Shown here in pieces: positions 19,290 to 27,357 of a stretch of 64,000 bases of DNA (its first letter is position 1; each line of letters starts with the position of its first letter). Source of the stretch: an uncultured Clostridia bacterium (GTDB lineage Bacteria; Bacillota; Clostridia; Christensenellales; UBA1242); contig CALWEJ010000001.1 of NCBI GenBank assembly GCA_944377165.1, positions 43,490 through 107,489 of the forward strand, written 5' to 3'. The notes beneath the pieces are model-generated. The model saw only the letters and a list, made by a program, of their open reading frames with translations. It ran no database searches and was not told the origin of the DNA. The position numbers and the translations under genes were made by a program.

Positions 19290-20576
19290 TTACTTTTTAG
19301 GCTTTATTACCTTAGTTCCGCCCATATATGGCCATAAAACTTCTGGTATAGTCACACTCCCATCTGCTTGCAAATGATTTTCTACAAAGGCAATTAACAT
19401 TCTAGGCGGTGCTACAACCGTATTATTTAATGTATGCGCAAATACATTACCTTTATCTGTTTTATATCTTATACCTAATCTTCTAGCTTGAGCATCTGTT
19501 AGGTTGCTACACGAACCAACTTCAAAATATTTCTTTTGTCTAGGGCTCCACGCCTCTACATCTAAGCTCCTATATTTTAAATCTGCTAAATCACCAGAAC
19601 AACATATTAAAGTTCTCACGGGAATTTCCATTGATACGAATAATTCTACAGTGTAATTCCACATTTTTTCGTACCAACTATCACTTTCTTCAGGATTGCA
19701 AATTACAATCATTTCTTGCTTTTCGAATTGATGGATTCTGTATATGCCACGTTCTTCTATTCCGTGCGCTCCCTTCTCTTTTCTAAAACAAGGACTATAC
19801 GAAGTCAAAGTAATCGGCAATTTATCTTCAGGGATAATTGTATCCATAAAGCGACCTATCATACTATGCTCACTTGTACCGATGAGATAAAGGTCTTCAC
19901 CTTCTATTTTATACATCATATTGCCCATTTCTTCAAAGCTCATAACACCTTCAACGACACTTCCGTGAATCATAAATGGCGGTATAACATATGTGAATCC
20001 TTTATTAATCATAAAGTCACGTGCGTAAGCTAAAACTGCACTGTGCAAGCGGGCAATGTCTCCTGTTAAATAATAGAAACCTTGACCAGAAGTACGTCTA
20101 GCACTATCGACATCTATACCATCGAGTTTTTCTAAAATCTCAGTATGATAAGGCACTTCAAATTCAGGGACTTTAGGCTCTAAAAACGTTTGTGCTTGAA
20201 TATTAAATTTGTCGTCTGGTCCAATCGGCACATCGTCTGCAATAATATTTGGAATGCTCATCATATCGCGTTTGATGTTTGCGTCAAGTTCGCTAACCTC
20301 TTTTTCAATACTTGAAATACGCTCATTATTAGCGACAACTTCTGCCTTTATTTTATTCGCCTCATCTACGCGCTTTTGTTTCATTAGCATACCGATTTCA
20401 GTAGAAAGAGTATTTCTTTTTGCTCTTAAATCATCTCCTTCCTTTTTGAGTGCACGAACCTTTACGTCCATTTCTATAACGTCGTCAACTAAGTGAAGTT
20501 TATGGTCTTGAAACTTCTTTTTAATATTCTCTTTTACTTTATCAGGATTATTTCTTAAAAAATTAATGTCTATCAT
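19290..20576 (-). CDS. serS: serine--tRNA ligase
   Basis: Coiled-coil N-terminal arm and class II motifs (..FRKEKGAHG.. , ..LNNTVVAPPR..). Confidence 0.95.
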   Translation of the reverse strand: MIDINFLRNNPDKVKENIKKKFQDHKLHLVDDVIEMDVKVRALKKEGDDLRAKRNTLSTEIGMLMKQKRVDEANKIKAEVVANNERISSIEKEVSELDANIKRDMMSIPNIIADDVPIGPDDKFNIQAQTFLEPKVPEFEVPYHTEILEKLDGIDVDSARRTSGQGFYYLTGDIARLHSAVLAYARDFMINKGFTYVIPPFMIHGSVVEGVMSFEEMGNMMYKIEGEDLYLIGTSEHSMIGRFMDTIIPEDKLPITLTSYSPCFRKEKGAHGIEERGIYRIHQFEKQEMIVICNPEESDSWYEKMWNYTVELFVSMEIPVRTLICCSGDLADLKYRSLDVEAWSPRQKKYFEVGSCSNLTDAQARRLGIRYKTDKGNVFAHTLNNTVVAPPRMLIAFVENHLQADGSVTIPEVLWPYMGGTKVIKPKK

Positions 20577-20602
20577 AAATACCTCTATTTAATATGCTTA
20601 AT

Positions 20603-20631
20603 ATTATATCAAATTAAAATAAATTTTGCAA
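20603..20631 (-). promoter_or_regulatory. sigma-A promoter of serS
   Basis: On the minus strand: TTGCAA-17-TATAAT with a TGA extended -10. A short leader carries an AGAGG SD, leaving no room for a T-box. Confidence 0.6.
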
Positions 20632-20687
20632 CAAAATAAAATTTCATATCAAAAATTTATTATTTATTATAATTGAATTAAATTTGC

Positions 20688-20716
20688 TTGTTTTTTACGC
20701 AAAGATTTGATAATAT
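20688..20716 (+). promoter_or_regulatory. promoter of the Xer-like recombinase (leaderless geometry)
   Basis: TTGTTT-17-TAATAT, ending 6 nt before ATG 20723. No SD. The spacer is filled by the arm motif. Confidence 0.45.
20692..20706 (-). repeat. single copy of the palindrome arm (inverted relative to 19143-19157)
   Basis: TTTTTACGCAAAGAT is the reverse complement of ATCTTTGCGTAAAAA. Confidence 0.85.
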
Positions 20717-20722
20717 ATTAAT

Positions 20723-21775
20723 ATGTCAACAAATTATTATTTAGATAGAAATAGAAATAATATGAGAAAATTAAATGAAATGCTAACTGATTTACCTGCA
20801 TTTTGTTCAATATTTTTCATAGGAATACAAGATACAACTACTCCACTCACACGACTTAATTATGCAGTAGATATAAAGACCTTCTTCACATATTTAACTA
20901 CATATGAACAAAAATTTGTCAATCGTGATATAAAATCTATTACACTTGCTGATATAGATGGAATTGATGCTCAATGTATTGAACGATATATGGCATCTCT
21001 ATCCTACTATGACAAAGATGATGGAAAAATATTAACAAATGGCGAACGTGGTAAACTTAGAAAGCTATCTTCTCTAAGGGCGTTTTTCAAATACTTTTTC
21101 AATAAAGATATGTTAAAAGCTAACGTTGCAAGCAAGGTAGCTAGCCCTAAATTACACGAAAAACCAATTATTAGACTTGAAGCACAAGAAACCGCTGAAT
21201 TAATGTATTCGTGTGATACATTATCCGGATTTAGTGAGCATCAAAAAAAATATAACGAAAAATTTAAAATTCGCGATAATGCTATATTATCCCTATTTTT
21301 GACCACAGGAATTCGTGTAAGTGAATGCGTTGGATTAAATGTTGATGATATAAACTTTAATCTTAATTCATTTCGAGTGACACGAAAAGGTGGCAATCAA
21401 GTTATATTATATTTTGGAGAAGAAACCGCTGATGCTCTAAAAAAATATCTCTCATATAGAGAAACATTAAATCTACCAAAAGAAGAAAAAGCGCTATTTA
21501 TTTCAAGTCAAGGTAAGCGAATGATGGTTAGAGCAATGGAATATCTAGTAAAAAAATATGCTAAAATTGCTACTCCACTTAAACATATTACTCCGCATAA
21601 ATTACGTTCAACTTATGGCACTAACTTATACAATGAAACAAAGGATATTTATATAGTTGCTGAAGTTTTAGGTCATAAAGATGTAAATACTACTAAAAAA
21701 CACTACGCAGCAATAAGCGATGACGTTAGACGTTCCGTAGCAGGCAAAGTTAAATTAAATAATGACAATATGTAG
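20723..21775 (+). CDS. tyrosine site-specific recombinase, Xer-like (350 aa)
   Basis: Catalytic signature: TGIRVSE (Arg), VTRKGG (beta-hairpin Lys), HKLRSTY (HxxR), LGHKDVNTTKKHY (His..Tyr). No phage genes flank it. Confidence 0.8.
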   Translation: MSTNYYLDRNRNNMRKLNEMLTDLPAFCSIFFIGIQDTTTPLTRLNYAVDIKTFFTYLTTYEQKFVNRDIKSITLADIDGIDAQCIERYMASLSYYDKDDGKILTNGERGKLRKLSSLRAFFKYFFNKDMLKANVASKVASPKLHEKPIIRLEAQETAELMYSCDTLSGFSEHQKKYNEKFKIRDNAILSLFLTTGIRVSECVGLNVDDINFNLNSFRVTRKGGNQVILYFGEETADALKKYLSYRETLNLPKEEKALFISSQGKRMMVRAMEYLVKKYAKIATPLKHITPHKLRSTYGTNLYNETKDIYIVAEVLGHKDVNTTKKHYAAISDDVRRSVAGKVKLNNDNM

Positions 21776-21892
21776 TGTATTACGCGTATTATATACAATA
21801 CATATTGTTAAATTATTTGAATCATATCTAAAAAATAAATTTATTCAGTTTCCAATTTTTTATAAAAGATGTTTTATTTATATTACCTTTAT

Positions 21893-21930
21893 CGAACAAA
21901 TGTTTGAAAAATGTTTGACAAATGTTTGAA
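21893..21930 (+). promoter_or_regulatory. LexA operator (Cheo-type box) extended by three tandem 11-bp AAATGTTTGA(A/C) units
   Basis: CGAACAAATGTTTG at 21893-21906 compares with the Firmicutes consensus CGAACnnnnGTTCG. The repeat units are at 21898, 21909 and 21920. Confidence 0.6.
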
Positions 21931-21943
21931 AATATGATAACTT
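21915..21943 (+). promoter_or_regulatory. sigma-A promoter of lexA
   Basis: TTGACA-17-TAACTT preceded by TGA. The -35 is formed by repeat unit 2. Confidence 0.5.
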
Positions 21944-21960
21944 TACACTAGGAGATATTT

Positions 21961-22545
21961 ATGAATAATACGCAAAAGACTTATGATTTCATAATGGATT
22001 TTATGAAAAAAAATAATTACCCCCCTACTATTCGTGAAATTTGTTCTAGTTTGAATTTTGATTCAACTTCTAGTGCTATGTATCATTTAAAAAAACTTGA
22101 AAAAGAAGGAAAAATTACTAGAAATTATAATAAAAATCGTGCAATAGAATTAACGGATAATGCACAGCCTCATATTACTCTACCAATTATTGGTACGATT
22201 GCAGCAGGTACTCCCATCTTAGCAGAAGAAAATCTTATTGACAAAATGATAGTAAACGAAAACCTATTTACAGGGACAAATATGTTTGTTCTACAAGTCA
22301 AAGGTGATAGTATGATTAACGTAGGTATATATGACGGAGATTATGTGGTAATTTCAAAACAATCCGTAGCTAATAATGGCGAGATAGTAGCCTGTCTAAT
22401 TGATAATGAAGCTACTGTAAAACGTTATTATAAAGAAAATGGCTACTTTAGATTGCAACCTGAGAATTCTTTTATGCGCCCTATAATAACCGACCACTTA
22501 GATATTTTAGGAAAAGTTGTAGGCTTAATACGAAACAAATTTTAA
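21961..22545 (+). CDS. lexA: SOS repressor LexA
   Basis: wHTH N-terminus, an AAG cleavage region (IGTIAAGTPI), Ser (VKGDSM) and Lys (TVKRY) of the S24 dyad. Confidence 0.95.
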   Translation: MNNTQKTYDFIMDFMKKNNYPPTIREICSSLNFDSTSSAMYHLKKLEKEGKITRNYNKNRAIELTDNAQPHITLPIIGTIAAGTPILAEENLIDKMIVNENLFTGTNMFVLQVKGDSMINVGIYDGDYVVISKQSVANNGEIVACLIDNEATVKRYYKENGYFRLQPENSFMRPIITDHLDILGKVVGLIRNKF

Positions 22546-22754
22546 ATATTTAAACACAAAGAAAAATTGTTTTATAAAATCATAAATAACCTAATATATT
22601 CTTCTTTTATTATTAACAAATAGTATTTATATAAATTACAAGATGATTAATTAATTACTACATCATATTATTATTAAATATTATCCTTGTAAACCTGATT
22701 TAATATTAATTTTGTTATGATTTATGACAAATTTCTATTTATTACGCCCATTTA

Positions 22755-22783
22755 TTGACTAATAATCAAAATTATTATATAAT
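22755..22783 (+). promoter_or_regulatory. consensus promoter of the PadR-fusion gene (leaderless geometry)
   Basis: TTGACT-17-TATAAT, ending 6 nt before ATG 22790. The spacer holds the 7-4-7 palindrome TAATAAT-CAAA-ATTATTA. Confidence 0.6.
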
Positions 22784-22789
22784 AATTTT

Positions 22790-24055
22790 ATGAAAACAGC
22801 GGATTTAATACCTTTAATTTTGCTCCAATTAAATACTGGCGATAAATATGGATTAGAAATAACAAAAAATATTGAAACAATTTCTAATGGAAAAATCGTC
22901 ATAAAACAACCTACTTTATACACTATCTTAAAGAAATTAGAGAAATCTAAATTTATATCATCGTATTGGGAAGATAGTGATATTGGTGGCAAACGTCATT
23001 ATTATAAAATAACTAACAATGGTAAGGCTCAAGTATCTACCTTGCCTTCTTTTGATGTCTTGCTAAACTCTATCCTATCTCAAGATGACGATGAAATTAG
23101 TAATAATGATGAAAAAGAAGATAATCAAACAATAGATAAACAAGAAGAAAATTACTTTTACAATACATCTGCGGCAATAGATAATGCTACTAAAATAGAA
23201 AATTCTTCAAACACTACAACGGATAAATATGTATCTATTTTTGATATATTACCTACTACAAGCGAAGAATCGACCATAGCCAATACAAATACAAACACTA
23301 AGCCTTCTATCCTACCGAGTGAAGATGTGTTTAAGACTGATTCTATAGATACTGCTACAACTACTGAGATTAATTTATCCAATTCTGAATTACTCAAATC
23401 AGATACTACGAACAGAGAAGAGAAATTTGCTAGCAACGAAGATATATCTAAATTTACTGAAAAACATATCGTCTCAGATGAATATAAGGAAAAATTACAC
23501 TCTATTTATTCAGCTAACGTGAGCGAATCTATAGACGACAATAAGACAGCTCAACCATTATCTTCAGATATTAAGTACGTCGATTATCGTGATTTTAAAA
23601 CTAACAAAGACTACATTTTAGCGAAGAAAACTACTAAAAATTTATTATTTAAAATTTTGTCAAGTTCGCTATATTTAGGACTAATGTTAATTATCTCTGC
23701 AGTAATTACCTCACATACAGGGAAATCTCCAATATATTATGTAATGCTTATTTTAGGATTAACCATTTTAATCTTCTATCCTTCAATTTTTGCTTTCAAT
23801 CTTGATAAATTAAGGCTGAAATATGAATTTCAACCATTTAAATTGAATACAAGAAAAAGATTAATAACTTCTATATGCGTCGAAGTATTAATAATTGTTG
23901 CTTCAATCATTCTTAATGTATGTCTAGGAATTAATGATATTTTTAACTGGACAAATTTTGCAAACTTTTATTCAATTATATTCTTAAGTAGCACTATTTT
24001 TGCAGATTTAATCTTTACCTACATTTTTATGATAAAAATAAACAAAACTAATTAA
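22790..24055 (+). CDS. PadR-family wHTH fused to a T/N/S-rich linker and a four-helix membrane domain
   Basis: N-terminus: LIPLILLQL..GDKYGLEI..QPTLYTILKKLEKSKFISSYWE..GGKRHYYKITNNG. Four hydrophobic helices lie in the last ~140 aa. Confidence 0.75.
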   Translation: MKTADLIPLILLQLNTGDKYGLEITKNIETISNGKIVIKQPTLYTILKKLEKSKFISSYWEDSDIGGKRHYYKITNNGKAQVSTLPSFDVLLNSILSQDDDEISNNDEKEDNQTIDKQEENYFYNTSAAIDNATKIENSSNTTTDKYVSIFDILPTTSEESTIANTNTNTKPSILPSEDVFKTDSIDTATTTEINLSNSELLKSDTTNREEKFASNEDISKFTEKHIVSDEYKEKLHSIYSANVSESIDDNKTAQPLSSDIKYVDYRDFKTNKDYILAKKTTKNLLFKILSSSLYLGLMLIISAVITSHTGKSPIYYVMLILGLTILIFYPSIFAFNLDKLRLKYEFQPFKLNTRKRLITSICVEVLIIVASIILNVCLGINDIFNWTNFANFYSIIFLSSTIFADLIFTYIFMIKINKTN

Positions 24056-24068
24056 TATAGGAGTTCTA

Positions 24069-25001
24069 ATGTTGCCTGTACTTAAAATTGAAAATTTAAC
24101 TAAAATATATGGTACAAAAAAGGTTGTAGATGACATTACTTTTTCTGTTTTTGCTGGACAGATTTTTGGTTTTGTAGGGCCTAATGGCGCTGGTAAATCA
24201 ACCACTTTAAGAATGATTACAGGACTTACTCCTGCCACTAGAGGTTCAGTTAGAATATGTGGATACAGCATTGACAAAAGTTTCAAGAATGCAATATCAA
24301 ATGTTGGTGCAGTCATTGAAATGCCACAACTCTACCCCTACTTATCCGGACTCAAAAATTTAAAATTATTTGCAGGATTTTATGGCAACAAAGCCAATTT
24401 ACGCATAGACCAAATTGTAAAACTTGTTGGAATGGAAAACAGAATTAACGATAAGGTATCTACATACTCTCTAGGTATGAAACAAAGGCTAGGAATTGCA
24501 CAAGCATTACTAAATAAACCTAAACTTTTGATTTTAGACGAGCCGACAAATGGACTCGACCCGAATGGTATTGTAGAAATTAGAAATATTCTAAGAGCTT
24601 TAGCTAAAAAAGAAAATATGGCAATAATTATATCTAGCCACAATCTAGCGGAATTAGAACAATTATGTGACGTTATAGGTCTAATAAATAACGGTAAAAT
24701 TATTGAACATAAAAGTATGTTTGAGTTAAAAGGCATTGTCGAATCTAAGCAACGCATACAATTTGTTTGCAATTATCCAAACTATGCAGCTATGCTAGTC
24801 AAAAAGAAATATAAATTAGACAGCAAAGTTGTAGGAAATACTATCATTTTACCACTGAAAGAATCTAATATTGCTACTGTAATTTCGTTTCTTACATATA
24901 AAAGAGTAAAAATATATAAGATTAGAAAAGTTCAAAAATCTTTAGAAGAATTATATTTTGAATTGCTACATAAAGAAAGACCTTCTACAAGTATTATTTA
25001 G
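24069..25001 (+). CDS. ABC transporter ATP-binding protein (ABC-2 type)
   Basis: Walker A (GPNGAGKST), signature (YSLGMKQR), Walker B (LLILDEP). Confidence 0.9.
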   Translation: MLPVLKIENLTKIYGTKKVVDDITFSVFAGQIFGFVGPNGAGKSTTLRMITGLTPATRGSVRICGYSIDKSFKNAISNVGAVIEMPQLYPYLSGLKNLKLFAGFYGNKANLRIDQIVKLVGMENRINDKVSTYSLGMKQRLGIAQALLNKPKLLILDEPTNGLDPNGIVEIRNILRALAKKENMAIIISSHNLAELEQLCDVIGLINNGKIIEHKSMFELKGIVESKQRIQFVCNYPNYAAMLVKKKYKLDSKVVGNTIILPLKESNIATVISFLTYKRVKIYKIRKVQKSLEELYFELLHKERPSTSII

Positions 25002-25019
25002 ATTTACCTAAGGAGAAAT

Positions 25020-26783
25020 ATGTTTAAAGTTGTCAATGCTGAATTAAAAAAAATTGTGTCGAAGCCCGGTATATACATACTGGCTGTTTTGCTCGCTGTT
25101 ATACTAGTTCTTGGTGTATTCATATATAAACCTACATCATACACGACCAATGATAATATATATCAAAATTTAAGTGTAGTAGCGAATTACGAAAGGTTTG
25201 TTGGAAGTCAAGGTTCAACTAATGACGGATACAAAGATGAAGCTGATAATGCTCTAAATTCTGCTATCGCTAAACTATCAAATTATAAAATAAATGGTCA
25301 AAACTATAAAAATTATGTAGATAGTTTATATAACGATTTTATAAATAAATTAGACAGTTATTCTGACTACTCCATCTCGCGTAATCCAAACTTAAATTTT
25401 AACCAAACAACTCTTGAGACAAGAAAAAGTAATGTTTTAAAAGCACTAGATATGCTATATAACACTATTACAACCGCATATAGCTATGGACAATTTGGGG
25501 CTTATCCAATTATAACGACGACTGCAAATTCTTATAATTTTAATGAAATATATCAAACATCCTATGCTTTGTTAAATACTAATACAAATGACCCAGCGAA
25601 TGTTTGTGATGAGTTCGAAAAAAACAATTTACATCAAATAAATAACTGTTTAAATAGTTTCATCTATTCAACATTATCAGACGAATTTGTAGTAAAATAT
25701 TCTTCAATAAATGATAACACAAACTATTCAATATTAATTTCTCGACTAAACGAAGTTTTAACTGAAATTGAAACACTTTATGATAGTGCTGTTTCAGATA
25801 ATGAATCGGTCAATTTAAATCAAAACGAAATTAATAAAATAGCTGAATTATGTAATAAATACACTAATATATGCTATAATTACATAAGTTTGATAGATTC
25901 TGAACTTAAATCAAAAGCCTTCGAATTGGTTCCTAATTCACAGCACGGTGATTTATTATATCTATCAAGTGAAAGCGAATATAATACAAATTCAAACCTT
26001 ATAAAATATAGATATTTATTCGAAAATAATAAATTAGATAGTGATTTTGCTCACCCATTAACCATAGGTGTGACTTCAAATACTGAAACAAACGCATATG
26101 ACTATGCTTACTTTATATTAAAGCTATTTTCATTTGTTATAATTGTATATGCCGTAATGGCTGGCTGTCACTCAATTGCTGGCGAAATTAAGGAAGGTTC
26201 TATGCGTTATTTCGCAATACGACCTGTTAGTAGAACAAATATATTATTTGGAAAATTCTTAGCAATAATGGTTATGTCTTGCATTATGATTATTTTCAGT
26301 TCAATCATAGCAATCGCAGTCGGCGGAGCAGTTTACGGATTTAGCTCCCTCACAATATTGACAATATTTAACGGCTCAACAGCTATAACATTACACCCAT
26401 TTGTGATGATTTTGATATACATAATTAGTTTGATTTTAGAAATCTTAGTTTACTTATCTATTGCTATGCTACTATCTTGCTTGTTTAAGTCAGATTTATT
26501 TGGGGTCACTATTGTACTTGTCTTGTATCTAATTAATATTTTACTTCCAATGTTCGCCGGTGGAATTAATAGCTGGTTAAATTATTATCCTTTCTCACAT
26601 ATTTCACTATATTCACTTTTCGGAAGTAGCATTTATGCTAATAGTTCTAATTTCTTTAGTTTATTGTTGGGTGCGAAAATATATTCTGGCACAAACTTGG
26701 GTTTAACATTATGTACTATAATCCTAATAGTAGTGGTATTAAATTTAATAAGCTCGTTTATCTTTAAGAAAAAAGAATTATAA
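25020..26783 (+). CDS. ABC-2 family permease with a ~330-aa extracytoplasmic insert after TM1
   Basis: One N-terminal TM helix, a long polar N-rich domain, then five or six C-terminal TM helices. Translationally adjacent to the ATPase gene. Confidence 0.7.
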   Translation: MFKVVNAELKKIVSKPGIYILAVLLAVILVLGVFIYKPTSYTTNDNIYQNLSVVANYERFVGSQGSTNDGYKDEADNALNSAIAKLSNYKINGQNYKNYVDSLYNDFINKLDSYSDYSISRNPNLNFNQTTLETRKSNVLKALDMLYNTITTAYSYGQFGAYPIITTTANSYNFNEIYQTSYALLNTNTNDPANVCDEFEKNNLHQINNCLNSFIYSTLSDEFVVKYSSINDNTNYSILISRLNEVLTEIETLYDSAVSDNESVNLNQNEINKIAELCNKYTNICYNYISLIDSELKSKAFELVPNSQHGDLLYLSSESEYNTNSNLIKYRYLFENNKLDSDFAHPLTIGVTSNTETNAYDYAYFILKLFSFVIIVYAVMAGCHSIAGEIKEGSMRYFAIRPVSRTNILFGKFLAIMVMSCIMIIFSSIIAIAVGGAVYGFSSLTILTIFNGSTAITLHPFVMILIYIISLILEILVYLSIAMLLSCLFKSDLFGVTIVLVLYLINILLPMFAGGINSWLNYYPFSHISLYSLFGSSIYANSSNFFSLLLGAKIYSGTNLGLTLCTIILIVVVLNLISSFIFKKKEL

Positions 26784-26795
26784 AAGATTAAAATA

Positions 26796-26833
26796 TAAAA
26801 AAATAATTGTATTTGATTACAATTATTTTTTTT
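26796..26833. terminator. bidirectional intrinsic terminator at the strand-polarity switch
   Basis: AATAATTGTA-6 nt-TACAATTATT perfect 10-bp stem flanked by A7 and T8. It overlaps the rnhA stop. Confidence 0.65.
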
Positions 26834-27266
26834 GATGCTTAGCTATTTCCCCCGTGGCAAGTTCATCACAACGATTATTATATTTATTATCGGCGTGACC
26901 CTTTACCTTAATCCACGTTATTTTGTGAGTATTATTAAAATCAATTAATTGTTTCCATAATTCAACGTTTTGAACAGGCTTTTTACTTGCATTTCGAAAT
27001 CCATTATTTTGCCAATTTTCAATCCAATGTTCGTTAAAAGCATTTATAAGGTATGCACTGTCGCTATATAAATCGATTTCACAGGGTATTTTAATCATAT
27101 CAAGAGCCTTTATTGCTGCTGTTAATTCCATTTGATTGTTTGTGGTACTTTCAGAATATCCGCTAATTTCCCGCATACTATCTTTATAAAAAAGAACAGC
27201 GCCCCATCCACCAGCGCCTGGATTACCACTACAAGCTCCATCTGTATAAATAGTCACTTTTTTCAT
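26823..27266 (-). CDS. rnhA: ribonuclease HI
   Basis: MKKVTIYTDGACSGNPGAGGWG.. matches the RNase HI N-terminus. The longer ORF-track start overlaps the tRNA. Confidence 0.85.
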   Translation of the reverse strand: MKKVTIYTDGACSGNPGAGGWGAVLFYKDSMREISGYSESTTNNQMELTAAIKALDMIKIPCEIDLYSDSAYLINAFNEHWIENWQNNGFRNASKKPVQNVELWKQLIDFNNTHKITWIKVKGHADNKYNNRCDELATGEIAKHQKK

Positions 27267-27272
27267 ATAGTT

Positions 27273-27347
27273 TGGCAGGGGAGACGCGATTCGAACACGC
27301 AACCAATGGTTTTGGAGACCACTACTCTACCGTTGAGCCACTCCCCT
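27273..27347 (-). tRNA. tRNA-Trp (CCA anticodon), CCA end encoded
   Basis: Cloverleaf on the reverse complement, anticodon loop CTCCAAA. Confidence 0.9.
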
Positions 27348-27357
27348 ATATTCATTC

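Noticed and set aside
18335-19290. A large structured ncRNA (RNase P RNA, tmRNA, 6S, SRP RNA, or OLE/ROOL/GOLLD-type) hidden in the spacer.
   Set aside because: There are no GC-rich helices and none of the conserved cores I can recall, such as a tRNA-like end with GGTTCGA or GAAAGTCCGG-type motifs. The DNA is almost pure A/T apart from the short palindromes.
20577-20722. A T-box leader upstream of serS.
   Set aside because: A strong promoter at 20603-20631 leaves a leader of only about 20 nt, and no T-box or specifier structures are visible.
20723-21775. The tyrosine recombinase as a prophage or ICE integrase marking a mobile element.
   Set aside because: The flanks are serS and lexA and other core genes. 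No phage, conjugation or cargo genes are present, and no tRNA-adjacent att-type direct repeats were seen.
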